From contig JBHGNT010000011.1 of NCBI GenBank assembly GCA_043228905.1, positions 14,942,001-15,006,000 on the forward strand: 64,000 nt of DNA, in the 5' to 3' direction. Made by a program: the position numbers and the translations under genes. Below, one piece after another: positions 48,801-62,860 of this stretch. Each line of letters starts with the position of its first letter. Position 1 is the stretch's first letter. The stretch comes from Azolla caroliniana (taxonomy: Eukaryota; Plantae; Polypodiophyta). The notes beneath the pieces were generated by a model. That model did not search any database. It saw only the letters and a program-made list of their open reading frames with translations, and was not told the DNA's origin.

Positions 48801-51800
48801 TGGGCTAAACCGGTTTAAGGTCTGCTTCAGGTTTAAACTCCACCAAACCGGTTTGGCTTGGACAATGCTAAACCGGTTAAGCCAAAAACAAACCATTGCC
48901 AATTCCACATGTTAATATAAAAATAAAGAGAATACAAATGCATAACACCATTTTCGCAAATGACCAAAGAAACATTTTACAAAGCCTTATACACCACACA
49001 GAGAAATTACTGTCTTCAACAGATAAACAGACCTGATCCCCCTGTGGCAACTTCTTTTAGCTGAGTGCAAATAATACCAACCAAGTTTTCGGCAAATTCA
49101 GCATCCTACAGTTTTGGTAGGAAAAGAATGAATTAAAATAGTGAGCAATAATATATTTGCCTAAAATACAGTTTCTCGGATTTGAAGGGAGTTTTTGAAT
49201 ACCGAAGTCCCGTGAATCCCAAAGAGTCCAGTATCATTATATATACTGCTGAATCCTAGAATAGACTCCACTTCTGCATGTTTATTCAGGACTCTTGTGT
49301 CTAGGCGTTTGAAAGAGATAAAACAAGAAGTCAGAAATTGAATATAGCCTTAAATCAAATCAACAAGACAAATAAAACACAGAAGACTTACATAACCTCG
49401 AGTACATTCCTTTTCCAGGACCACCAGCTGAAAATGATCCACCACCACCAAGCAAAGTCTACAGCAAGTTCAAACAAGATTTAGAAGTAGACTGCAAAAA
49501 GACATACCTTACACATGTGGAGGATGGAGCTAGAAAGAGCACAGAATTATGCTCAAAAAAGTCTCACCTCTGAATAATAATGCTAGACGAGAGAGATCTA
49601 GAGCCGTAAGCACAAACCAAAAGGTCATGCTCATATGAGATTTGGGCATTACATTTACATGCTTCTGTCCCTTGTACACTAACAAGGAGTGTAGGCTAGT
49701 AGATATCTTGAGAGGATCAAGCACCTCTCAATGACATTAACACAAAAGTATTCTAAAGTAAAGACCAGATTTTGTCACATTACCTTCAATGAAATATAAG
49801 TTCCTTTAAAAAGTAAATTTAATCTCACAAGCTGTTATTCTGATATGTGGTTGGTTGAATGGTTTTACAATTTACAAACTATATGAATCTTAACTCTAAA
49901 TTTGAAGGGGAGAAACTAACTGCTCTCATATGTGCATCAGTATATGAGCATGATTCATGGTAAATATAGTATATATCTGCAAAAATAACTTGATTGAGTA
50001 TTCCAAAACTAGAAATGCAGAAAAAGCCTAACCTGTAGAACTGTTACGGTAATGGAATCCTTCTCGTTTCGCCAACCACCTTTCGTTTCGAAGGCAACAG
50101 CAACATGCACTTTCTGCTCTCATGCAAATAAATAAGTGAAATTAGCTTCAGTTTCTATACAATACATGCATAAACTACATAACAAGATGATGAAGAGCAA
50201 ACGGCCTCAACTGGTGTATCTGCCACTGCTCGATAATCTCCACCAGTATACACTGAATCAAGTTCTTCTTTGTGAGGTGATGAACTTGGAAGGTCAGATA
50301 GAAGGGGTTCAGCAATTGTTAGCAATTCCTTATGATCCACTCCTGATGCTGCCAAGACCATCCGTGGAGCTGTATAATTATCCTGGAGATTTCAAGCATC
50401 AGGAAAAACAGGCATTCCTGTTTTAAAGCTTTATCCTTTCACAAGCATTCTACATAAAATTATCTGAAAACAGGAACCTAGTTGTTGAGACTTGTCATAA
50501 CACTATAAGTAATAAAGCTAACTGAAGCTTCTTAAGTTTAGAATAGGCTTTTCACGTAATAATTAGGCTTATCTTCAATTCCTAGAAATTTTCCTATCTT
50601 GTAGACAAACCTATAGATTTATTTCTTCCTACCATTATAAAGGCATGAATACTTAGAGAGATATGACCAACCCATGGTACATCTACATTAGAGATCTGAG
50701 ATGTATTCAAAGGGAAATAAAATAAACTAGCATAGTAGAATGTCCCACGCGCTCTTTGGTAAACATAGAAAATAGAGCAACAGTACAAAAACATGCCGTG
50801 GTAAGAATCTCTTTCTTTGTTTATTAATGCGTTAACTTAATTCTGACATTGCGTCTAAACATCCCGTGTGTCTCGTTATTAACAAGGGATGAGACCAAAC
50901 ATTCCAAGTATATGGACAACGAGTATTCCTAAATAAACACAAGCATTTAAGCTTCAAGAAAGGCAAAATACAATTTAAGCAATTTCTGCAGAAATGTGGT
51001 ATAGTAAAAAATGGTCTCTTAAAAAAGAAATATAGTGTTCCACCTTGTCCAAAATAACAATTCTCTTGAGAGAAAACATTACTTCACAATCAATATGGCA
51101 AAATGAAGATACACACCTGAACAAATTTGGCCAAAGAGTCGGCAGTTATTTGTGACAATGCTGATTCTGATACCACAAGGGGCTTTGCCAAAGCACCTTG
51201 ATACCCCACAGTATGCAGAGCCTCAAGCAACAAGCTTTGAGGATTATTCATCAGATCAGCCAACTCTCCTTTTACTTTAGACAGCTGCATTAGGTTTACA
51301 GAGGATTTAGCAAAACCATTATATAATAAACTGGCCCATTTTTATGTTGCAAAAGACCATGAAAGAAACTCCACCTGTTCCTTAACCTCCCATTCATAAA
51401 AGACGGGGTTTCGTACACTGTCGACTAATAACTCGACTATCTCAGGCATATGTGTCTTAATAGCATCACCTGTATAAGCCATTTGCTCACGGGATGCCGA
51501 GGCCATAATGTTTCCACCAATAGCTTCAACCTCACGGACAACGCGGAAATGTGAACGGTTTAATGTACTTTTAAATGCCATTCTCTCCAGTAAATGTGCA
51601 GATCCTGCAGTTTCGGGAGTCTCGTTAACAGAACCAGCGTCTACATATAAACCAACTGTTATGGTAGGCCCCTGAAAATTTAGAGAAATTTTACAGCTGA
51701 TCAATGTAAAGATTTTACACTACATATCACCTGGTTTCAGAGATCACAAATCATCTAAGAGTAAAAAAGTGTCAGTTTCAAAGATTATGCAGTTGATTAT

Positions 51801-53606
51801 GCAGTAGTTGGAGATATATCATCTGGCTTAAAATATTATCAGATCCAAAGATCATGCATGAAAACCAATACTTCCAATTTTTGTGTATCATACATTATAT
51901 ACCATCTGTCTTGAGAGTAAGCAGCATGCCTCATACATCGTGTAAGAGAAAAAATAGAGGCTCAAAGAATTTATAGCAGATATCATGCATCATCAAGTTT
52001 CAAGGAAAAACTGTGGTTTCAAGGATAACATATTTATCTTTCTAAGAGAGTCAAAAGTTCCAAAGATCGTACTTTCTACATCATCTGGCATTAGAGAAAG
52101 CTAGAAGTTTCAAATGTCATGCTTTATCGATCATCTGATTTGAGAGAAATTGAAGATAATACCTCATATAGAATAATTATGTATCTTACAATGAATCCCA
52201 GCTGTTTCTATGATTGTTATCAATTATAAATCACCAAGAGGAAGTGAAAAACAGACTGTTTTAATGATAATATGTAAGCAGTCTTCATGTAGAAACAGTA
52301 GTTTCAAGTTATCATACAGCATAAATCATACATATTACATATATCATGCATCATGCATCATGCATCATATATCATCTGGCTTCATCATACAGCTCATCTA
52401 ATGAATCCTATATTACATATCTTGTATCCCAATCATGTACCATACGTGAATACAAACAGCTACTTCTACTAATCATGTGAATTTGGTGCCATTATGGCTT
52501 GTAGTCATACATCACAATGTTTGTATGATTTATGATACATTATGTCGGGTAATGCATCGTAAATCATACATACATGCTTTATCAGTTATCAACTGGAATA
52601 TAAACAAATCTGCAGTTCCAAAGACAATTAAAAAACTACAGTTTATGTCATACATGAAACCAAGCTGTTCCTTTAACCAGAATGTTTCCCAATGTGAGTT
52701 TGAATCCATCATCAAGTGCAGTTATTTACATCATGCATCATAATCATATAGCCATCACATACCATTGGGATTGGTAGAAAATCACTGGTTTCAAACATTA
52801 TAAAATACACATCATGTATCATACATGGAAAATAAGTGGTTTCTTTTAACAGCCTTGTTTCAGATGCTATTTTCAACCCCCCATTCTGGAGCGTAGATAC
52901 CTCCATCATATATCATACATCATACATCATCTGATTTATAATGAGATCACCATTCGCAAAGATGATATAAATCCCACATCCTATTTTACACATACATCGT
53001 GCATAACAAAACTCATCTTTTATGCATCGTACATGAAAAAACCGTATTTTAAGGACAATACATGAAAACAAGTAGTTTAATCTCACCGAAATGTTTTCTG
53101 ATGCGACTTTGAGGCCATTATCGAGAGTCGTTACCTCAGTGGGAGCCACAACAAGAGTATCGGGCAGGGCAGGAGGCAGTTTCAGACCTGGAAAAGTCTC
53201 GTATAAGGGAGGAGCCTTTGTAGCTGGACTCTCACCAATAAGCCAAGACAAAAAACCCCCTTTGCTTGATGAGCTCACTGCTGTAGCAGGAACTGCGAGG
53301 CGAGGTCCATAAGAGGAAACACCTCTTATGCCATTTCCATTCTTCTTCTGCATTAACAACAGAGAAAGAGAGGTGGGGAAAAACATAAGAAAAGAGAAGC
53401 ACAAAAGCGGCCACTTCCATTCTCTTTTCTTGCATTCACAGAGACAAAACGGAATAGGCGAAAGAAGGAAGAGGATTATTTGCAGTGGATTCGGAAGGGA
53501 AATGAGAATAAGGCCCTCGCGTTATGGGAGAAGCGACGCTGAGATGTAGGAAGTTCGCGATCGTTACCTTTAAAAGGGAGAAGCGACGCGCAGAAGCTCT
53601 GAGCAT
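45898..53606 (-). CDS. MPPA: Mitochondrial processing peptidase alpha subunit, 13 exons, 512 aa
   Basis: Exons 53606-53568, 53347-53087, 51671-51375, 51284-51117, 50382-50212, 50113-50033, 49458-49392, 49300-49203, 49105-49033, 48106-48036, 47962-47913, 47807-47695, 45947-45898. All GT-AG; total 1539 nt in frame. HLLERMAF motif and Gly-rich loop [20 protein letters not shown]. Confidence 0.95.
48379..48908. mobile_element. MITE-like element with AAACCGGTT-type subterminal motifs in MPPA intron 9
   Basis: Clusters of AACCG/CGGTT palindromic motifs at both ends around an AG-rich core. Ends only loosely inverted; no TSD found. Confidence 0.4.
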
Positions 53607-56600
53607 GGCGATGGCGATGGCGATGGCGATGGCGATGGCACAGTCGAGAGGAAGAAGGAGACGACGAAGAAAGAGAAGGCCCTTTCAAGGGACGGAGTGT
53701 TGTTCTTTTTGGCCCTAGGAAATAATACCATACATACATTATACATACATACCATACACATTACATACCATACATTCATGCATGCACTCGTACATAACAT
53801 ACATACACACACATACCATGCATGCATGCATGCATGCATTGATTCGTACATAACATACATACATGTATGCATTTGCATGCATGCCTTCCCTAGATACATA
53901 GATACATGAGAAGAGAGAAAAAATATATAAATGGCTCCTTCCTTCTCCTGCTCCTGCTCATCCTCCTTCACGTAATTGCTCTGCCTAATCTCTCAAATTT
54001 CATAGCTAATGACTTGTTGGTTCGTACACTCAGTGGTTGCGCGAATGGCCATCCATCCCTGCGTCCTACACTAGAAAAATAAATAGCATCCATGTGACAC
54101 ACGATACGTCACCCACCAATTCAAGATTTGCTACACGGTTTGCACCCTCGGGCCTCTCGAGACACCAACACGACATGCTGACGTGCGATTTCAAGGACTA
54201 TTTCATGACACGTGATGAAGAAATCGATTGACACTCTCGTTATGTCAAAAACCTCTTTGTGGGGGTAAACATTTAGGGACTTGGGAAACCCAAATAAGTG
54301 GCGATCATTAGTCTCCTTGATCAGCCAACTAATCAATAACATGTGTTGCATGAGGGCCACCCCCTCCCAGCAACCCCATTACTCACATATGAGTCGTTTT
54401 TAAGGAAATGATTTGTGCTCCGTGACTTTGGGAACTCCTAAGGAGTATTTCCACAAATGTCACTCATCATCAAGGTCAAGGACATGCTTAAAGTTGGTGT
54501 GCAAAAGTGATGTCTAGATGCTTTTACTCTAGTGGCATTATTATGGGTTCATTAACTCATTCCCAATACCCTTATTCATGTGCCAATGGGTACTAACATG
54601 ACCCATTATCGACCCCTCTTGTTACAGGAGCATCCACTCATCTTACATTAGCCACCATCTAATCAAATCATTTGACTTATTGTACCGGTAGTGATCAAAA
54701 CTCATTCGCCGATACACAAAAATTGTCTTATTAACTATGTTACAAGGAATGAAATAAAAAAGAGAACCATGTTTGTAATTGTTCTACATACAATATGTAA
54801 GGAACCCTTGACAAGAAGACAAAACATGGAGGTCAAAGATGTTTCAAGTTGGTATCAATAAATGCTAAAGATAGAATGACACATGGATAACTTTAATAGA
54901 GATATGAGAATATGTGCCACACTACCTTAGTAAAAGATCCTTCATTATTGCTTTACGAGTATTGCCACCACCTCTTGCCAAGAAGGGCAACCTTATGTAT
55001 GTTAACCCAACAATGTTACCATGTATATCATCAAGTCTTGCAATAACATGACAATAATCATTCCATCCCCAAATTTAAAGTTATCATCCTTGGACATCAG
55101 AGGCACTTCCTATCATGGCCACCACTTGCTTGAGAGATTTTTGTGTAGATAAGTGTGCACTAACCCCTTTATTATGGTCAATAAAGAGAATGACTTAGAA
55201 GTAGATGCAATAGGAAATGTTAGGGTTAGCAACCGAATGTGTTACAAGAAACTTCATGATAGTGATAAGGTCCATTTTTCATTCCAAGCCATGGTATTGT
55301 ATTTGTATCTTCTCACTCGTGACCACAAAAGAATATATCTTTGTTGTTTCCCTATGTTATGAATCATGATCAGGCCTCAATGCTCCTCTATCAACTGAGC
55401 ATAAGTCTTCTCTGTTGCTATCTATGTCGTTATTCATATGGATCAAACTAATGATGAGTAAAAGAACAAGAAATTAAGGAGAAGAATGGATCATGGTTGC
55501 TTAACCACACCAACCACCCTTGAGCGAAGGACATGAGACAAACATAAAAGACCATCGGTGTCTTAGACCATTGAATATTACCTTATGTTATACTTTCATA
55601 GTTGAATAAAGATTTGAGGAAGAGAGCTTAGCCTCGTTAATAGTTTCAATAAAGACTCACGATATCGTAATGAAGCGGGTAACTAGTCTATTTTAAATAG
55701 CCCATACCGCCATGAGCTCCCATATGCCATAAGTCATTGTGGATTCGTCCCAATTTCTAGGATAACTAGTTCTCCAACCATCCAACACTTAACCAATTTA
55801 AATTAATTATAGAACTGGTCCATAAGGTTATGGCTAAACATTAGTGCATGCTCTATTTCCCACTTAACATTAAAATGACACATTTCATGGATATCCATGT
55901 GAGGTGCCAAAAATAGTTTCATTGAACAATAATATTGTGGGTAATGTATGTTGAATACTATACATACTAATATTAACTATGAGTACATTGATAGATAGAC
56001 TTTATGGATTTCATTTTTCACATTAGATTTCATCAATGGTAATATTTATTCAGATCCAATATTCATAATCTTGGTCTCTAAGAGGCTTTGATACATCTAA
56101 GTCCAATGGATCCTTTGCCCATGTGGATGTAAATATATGGCCACATCGTCATATATCAAACAAAGATAGAAGAACATTTTGAGCCAAACTTTTGCACATA
56201 TAATGAATATTTCTCGAGCTTATTGAATCTATAACAACCGCCAAGTTTTATTCAAAATCTCAAACATAAGCGGCATGCTTTCGTGGGTGGCTTAATGGGG
56301 TCAATGCATTCTCCACAATATTGCATTGCAAACTGTCACGTAGTTCCACTCCTAGCTAAAATATTTGGAAACATTATATTACTTTTACCAAGAGTAGTCT
56401 TTCTAGGAAGCCTTTTGGCATTTTAGAACATGTATTACTAATTAGACTAAGATGAGGTAACAAAATTTAAATGTAAAATGGCTTGATTTTTATGAGATTA
56501 TGTTAAATGTAGTTGGTGGAGCATGAGAAAGAGAGAGTTGTATAGAACTTAGTTGGTCATCGTACATACGGAGGCCAAAAGGTCCTCTCTTCCAACTAAA

Positions 56601-57165
56601 ATAATATATGACTATTGACTTATCACAAGGGTACAACCCTAACGTAAGAAGTTGGTGAGGTTTGAACCATGGTGCATGAAGTATTACAAGGGTCCAACCC
56701 GTATAAGAAAAGAACGGAAGAAAGAGATGCAAAATAGAACACCAACAAGGATTGTAAGATACACATGTTCACAATGTATCAAAGCATAAACTAGAGTGAA
56801 ACAAGCTTATTATCCTTGCAAAATATTTGATGTAAGGGATTGTTCAAGATTTTATTGATATGTATGTACAACCATGACCCCAATATATGTGTCCCTATGC
56901 AAAGCATCGTGGGTGTACGATGAGAGAATGATGTAAAGTACAAACCTTGACATAAATATGGTAGGGTTGCCACATTCTGAAGAATGTCCAAATTTTATAC
57001 ATCATATAAATTCTGGCCAATTTGCGATGCAATTCAGATAAGTTAACTGTGTAGCTCCTATAGATATTGCATAATACATAATGTACCGATCATCAATGAC
57101 TTTGCGAGATACAATCCTCTGTTAAGACTCAAATCCAAATTCATCGTATGTTGCATGCAAATCTC

Positions 57166-60100
57166 TCAAATTGATCTGCGAGAAGCCTCCTGTGGAGTCA
57201 TTGCATTTTATAAAAGTATGCCGATAAGTATGTGGTTTCACCAAAACATAACACAAACTCAAAGTATTATATCAATAATGTGTGTGAGAGAGAGATAAAC
57301 AACCTTAAGGAGGTCAAAAACTTTTTCCGCAATATATTTTTGTACAACGGAGGCACCTCTTTGTTGGACTTTGTCAGGATGCACACACAGGGCAGCCTTC
57401 CGATAAGCTCTTTTCAAAGAAGTTGTGGACAACAACTCAGCCCGAGAGACAGGTTGCCATCCACACTCGGCCCATAAAATCTGAGATAAAGGGTGATGTG
57501 GACATATTAATATCCGTCTTATGAAAATCAATCACAAAAATTATGGAAGCTAATTTTTGAACTTTCCCATAACAATTTCAGCTTTTTTTAGGGAAATATT
57601 ATAAATGAATCCTCAAATTCCTTGGAAACTTCTGCCAAAACTTTAAAAAAACATCCATCATAAGAATAGGCAAAAAAGTTCACAAAAAACCTTGAGAATA
57701 GGAATTTCACAAATATTTAACCCCTCATAAACCTTCAGAAAAAAAACAATACACCGAGCTTTTGTAAACTTGGTTTTTTTTTTGTTCTACTACATAAACT
57801 TTGACCTAATCTTTCAAAAACCTTTATCATAAAAAACAATGGACAAAAAAGTTTTCGAAAATAAAATTGAGCAATAGCCAGAACTAATAGTAGTGTAGGG
57901 ATAGGGTATAACATTACATGTTGTAAAGAGCAGAGCAATGCTTGTAGATTGCCTTCCTTTCCATATGCCCAATTCTTGATCTTCTCATCCAGCATCTCCC
58001 CTGCCCTCTGAACATGTTTGTGATGATCATGACAATATAATAAACATTGGTTGGTCATAATTTGGCAATTTGTAACTTTGCAATGGACAAAGATCACAAC
58101 ATTTAGGTGAAAGCAATGTTTCAAAATAGGATGGGTGATGAAAGTTTGTAAATGGAATCACCAAACTTGTCATAGATGATTTTGTCCTTACATTTCTTTC
58201 GGCTTGCTCTCGTTGACTCTCCAAATCACGTCGCTTTTTCTCCTCCAACGCTTTAGCCTGTGGAGTACATAACCAGTTAAAATAATTCTTAGTTTAAGAA
58301 AAGAAAAGAAATCATCACACTATGTACATTCTCCACGTGAAGATATTGCTCCATTTGTAGCGTGACATGTCTCGGCATGATAGTGTTCTAACAATAACCT
58401 ACCACGCGGGCACTTGTTCGGCAAATTCTATCATCTCTCGCCTTTTGACTTTCAAATGCTCCATATTCGTTATCTTGAATGATGACTTCACCAGATGTAA
58501 CTCCTAAAAATAGAGAAAATTGCGAAGTTATAATATCATGTGTTCTCATGTTGCCAATATCAAGCCAAATGAAGTGTCAAAACAAAAATGTGACAAATAT
58601 ATGTATAACCGGGATTAGAATGTCAATAAGTCTATAGAGAGCAAGGTGGCAATTAGAGTAAATCTCTTTACAATTCTCCTTGTTAAATTTCGAAGTACTA
58701 CTTAGCTAATGCTTAATTCCATATTTAGGGACATCAATCATAGCAAAAAACCTATCAATTTACCTTGAACCAATGATAGATCCCCTTGTGCACTCTGTAT
58801 ACCAGCATCTGCATGGTTCAAACATTCGGCAGTGATTGTGTAAGGAGAATCCTGCATGATTAATGCAAAATGATTTGGATGTAAGATTACAACCAATATT
58901 CATACACACACATAAGTACGTCCACATGTTAAACTTGCCTTTGTTATGGAAACATTATTTTGTTTAGCATTTTTTTTTTCAAGCCCTCTCTTCATGTTTG
59001 TACTCGAAACCTCATACTTTTCCTTTTCAGAAAAATATGCTCCTACTCTTGTTGGTGTAGATTCAGTTGTAGTTTTAACACTACTCATAGATCCAGAGGG
59101 ATATGCTGTTCGATCCCACACCAATTCATCGAGTTCCTTTTCAACATGTCGTCCCCTTTCTTGCATCATCGATGCAGCTTCTTCATGACGTTCTTGCTTC
59201 CTATACCTTCTTTCTTCTATATTCACTCTCATCTTTACATGATCCATCTCCAATGGGTCTTTTCCATATAATCTCTTATCAAACTTCAAAATAAAATTGC
59301 TTGAATCTTCCCCAAAGCTTTCCATTCTTTTCACTTGCTTAGTAGCACTATCAGAATACATCCTAGGAGGGGTTCTTGAAGGTGGAGGAAAACTAGAAGG
59401 TTTCGTTTCGAACCTTATATCATTTGCTGTAATCAAATCCTCATCATGACCATTCCCTTTACCTTTTCTTCTACCCTTTGACACGTTCCTTTGCACATCT
59501 ATCTTCTTATTAAACGATATTGATCTGCATTCTTACACACAACACACAATATCATTGATGTCTCAGTTTGCACTCTCTGCATCATGGATTGTATAACCAG
59601 AAAACATTCATTTCTATAATATACTTGCTGCCACTTTTCTAATCTTTACTTAAATAACTTGTTTCTACCTACTTAAATTAGGTGCATCAATCTAATCCTA
59701 CAAAGAAGGAGCAAAGATCAGCCCTTCCTTTGAATGAAAACAAAACCTTTTGCACAAGTGAGTTTGATCCCGAATTCAGTAATGGCATGCATTTCCTTTC
59801 AAAGATATAGAAATCTAGGATGAATCAACGGAGTTTCATCAGATTATTGTCACAATGCAGGCACTGATGCATGTTGGAGTTTATGAGTGTGTGTGTGTGT
59901 ATATATTGGTGAAGAAAGACGAGGTAAAGGTATGGAAAATACCTGAATTTGAAAGAGTTAGACCTACTACTACTAGTATCTGGATACACATGGCCGCCAC
60001 GTGAATATTGGGATACTTTGGAAGAGAGAGCTTCAGGAACTTTGAAAATCCCTCTTTTGAAAGACAACTGAGCAGAGAACTGCGAAGGGAGGGCAGCAGC

Positions 60101-60385
60101 ATACTTTGGGGGGCCGCCAAAGACGTCTCCAAAATCATCATCGAAAGCCATGGAAGGGGAGGATGAAGACGAAGAAGAAGATGAAGAAGAAGATGAAGAT
60201 GAAGATGAAGAAGAAGCCATGTTGGCCACACGAATGTCAGGGTAAATGTTGTTAACGGAGCTCCCAGAAAGCAGGTCAGAGTAGAGAGAGGCGTGGGTAG
60301 GAGCTTTCCTGTGTAGTCTTGAGCTCATGAGGCGGGTGTGGCAGACGACAGGGCAGGAGGAAACAGAGGATTTGTTGGGTGCCAT
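57166..60385 (-). CDS. Auxilin-like protein with a C-terminal J-domain, 8 coding exons, about 524 aa
   Basis: Exons 60385-59943, 59524-58939, 58851-58764, 58503-58403, 58257-58192, 58007-57918, 57480-57304, 57189-57166. Motifs [42 protein letters not shown]. Poly-Ser tract in exon 1. Confidence 0.88.
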
Positions 60386-60577
60386 GGATCCTGCCTGGCC
60401 CTGAATCAAAGAGCAAATCGATGGAAGGAGCAGGGCGGGGTCGAAGATCATATACATACATACATATATATATATATATGTATATGTATATGTATATGTA
60501 TAGCAGGCTGCAGGGATAGATGACAGTATGTACGTATGTACATATAGCAGGCGACAGAGACAGCGGCAGAGAAAGAC

Positions 60578-60830
60578 TGTGACGTGGACGAGGGGGGATG
60601 ACGTGGAGGAGAACTACATAGAGAAAGGATATGACGTGGACGGGAGGGGGTATGACGTGGAGGAGAACTACACATAGAGAGAGGATATGACGTGGAGGAG
60701 AACTATATAGAGAGAGAGATGTGACGTGGACAACAACTACGTTAGATAGAGGATATGACGTGGAAAAAGGACAGAAAATGAGGAAAAAAAAAGAGAGTGA
60801 GTGAGGAGAGAAGATGTGATGACGTGAACC
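60578..60830. repeat. Minisatellite carrying repeated TGACGTGG cores upstream of the auxilin-like ATG
   Basis: GATATGACGTGGAGGAGAACTACATAGAGA-type units; seven TGACGTGG plus one TGACGTGA. Confidence 0.85.
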
Positions 60831-61229
60831 CGAGGGGCCCGGGGCCGGCCATAGAGAAGAAGAAGAAGTTTGTGCGTGCGTGTGTGTGTGTGTGTGTATG
60901 TGTGTGAGAGAGAGATGATGTGTGTGTATGTGTGGAGAGCAATCGAAGACTGGACCGAAGAATCACGAGCAATCAGAGAGTCCTGGAAGATTCGATCGGA
61001 TTGTCCCGTCTCGTATATGGAGCGAAATGCACGAGAATTTCACCTTGTTTTGAGGAATGAAATTTAGGCAACAAAACACACTCCCTGAAAAAGAGTAGCG
61101 AAAAAGTAAAATTGATCACATTAACCGAGTGTCTCCTTTAGTTTGGCATTATTGTGCTTTATGAGTCTCACCCCCCACCTCTCATATGATTTGAAAACTC
61201 CTTTTGACAAAAAATGACCAGAGAAGAGA

Positions 61230-62860
61230 GAGAGATTGATTTGGGGTATCCATTGGGAATGAATGTTAACGATGGTCAATTGATTGAATGGTTGTCTATG
61301 GGATAAGTTCATGTATTGAAAGTCACAACCTTGGCTATTTCATGTACGCTTGAAGGTTGTACAATGTATTACGGAGCCCATGATATTATATATTACTTGC
61401 CATTGTTGCCATGGACAAATAAGGCTTTGCATTCTATTTTGAATGCAAATAAGGTTTTGCATTTTCGATATTTGTTGTGGAGGAAGAGGGATAAGATGGG
61501 AATCACATGGGTTGCATGGAATCATCTAGCAACCCCTAAGCGCTTGGGGGGACCTAGAGTATTGTACTTATTTATGCATATGATGGCTCATAGATTCACA
61601 ACCATGGATATCTATTATTCAATATTCCATTGAGAATGAGGGTTTAATACATGGGAGGACAATGATAAGACTTCACATTGGCAATTACTGAATGAATGTA
61701 TTTCACTTAAGATTCCCAGCTCTTCATGTGTTCAACACTTGGTTATCTCATGGCAAGAAGCACTATTTGTTATGTGTATGGAAACCATCATCTAGTAAAG
61801 AGCATTGTAATTCATTGCAAAAAGAGTTACTCGTGTCTTTTTTTGGTTATTATGTTGGTCTGGAAACGAGGGATTATGCCCTCAATTTAATTGTTTGTTT
61901 CGCTTGGGGGTCAAAGAGGTGGAGATATATTTGAGGCTCCATCACAAAGAAATTTGGAGTTTGTTGAACCGCAACAATGATTATGCATCCTGCCTAATTA
62001 TGGGTTTATTTGGCAAAAACTACAAAATATTGCATTGATGCAAGGTCCTTTACCTTTACAAACAGAAGAGCAATCGTGGATTGATTGGTGTTTATAGGGT
62101 TAGACGTTGTTTTTACAATTGAGTACTAATCTTTTGTATCAATGCTCTGTTGAGTCTCTTCGGTGGCTATCATCTAATGATGACAAATAATGAAAAAATG
62201 TATAGCTCTGATCGTGGACAGTGGCAGATCGTAAAACGTAGTTGGCATTCTAAAAGGCCGCTTGTAGAAAAGGTCTTCATTTGGAGAGTTTTGATTGGGG
62301 GTTTGCCTTTGGGATTAGCTCTAAAGTGATTTGGACTAGCAACGAGCAATTGCTTCTTGTGCACTGTTCAAAAGGAAGATAATACTCATTGCTTCATACA
62401 ATGTCCGATTGCTTGTCTAATTTGCAATTATATTTCTCAAATTTGACAAGTTTTATTAGGGTGTTATTTAATGCCTAGATAGCGGGTATTTGCACAATCC
62501 ACATAGGTTGACCCAAAATCATAGATGATGATCGTTTTCCTATTTTTAAGGTATTGGGGATTGTGTCTAATTGGGATATGTGTGGTGCTTTTGTATTTAA
62601 TGGTAAGCATGGAGTGAAAGCATATCTACGAAAGTTGAAGGGAGTACTAATATCACAATTTTCTTTATTGGAGCAACTGGAAAATTTGTCCTCAATGGAG
62701 TGTTCGTCTTGCCTATTGGCAATTCAATGTGTTCCACTACCCATGTAGTTAGTGGGTGGCCATACTTTATTGTGACACGCATTGTAAGTAGTGTTTCTCA
62801 CGCACATTTATTCAATTAGCTCTTTTTTTGTTGTTTTCAGAGAAGAGAAACTAATATAAA
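61230..62860 (+). mobile_element. Degraded L1-type LINE, 3' part of ORF2
   Basis: LGYPLG; LLW...WVAWNHLATPKRLGG; zf-RVT-like FIWRVLIGGLPLG...CFLC...HCFIQCPIA. Many stops. Confidence 0.8.

Noticed and set aside
40949-53606. Adjacent mitochondrial genes RPS6 and MPPA as a functional cluster
   Set aside because: Two neighbours in different pathways; chance adjacency is sufficient without synteny data.
54069-54534. CACTA-like termini (CACTAG...CTAGTG)
   Set aside because: The 3-bp flanks differ (CTA vs GCA) and the inverted match is only about 7 nt.
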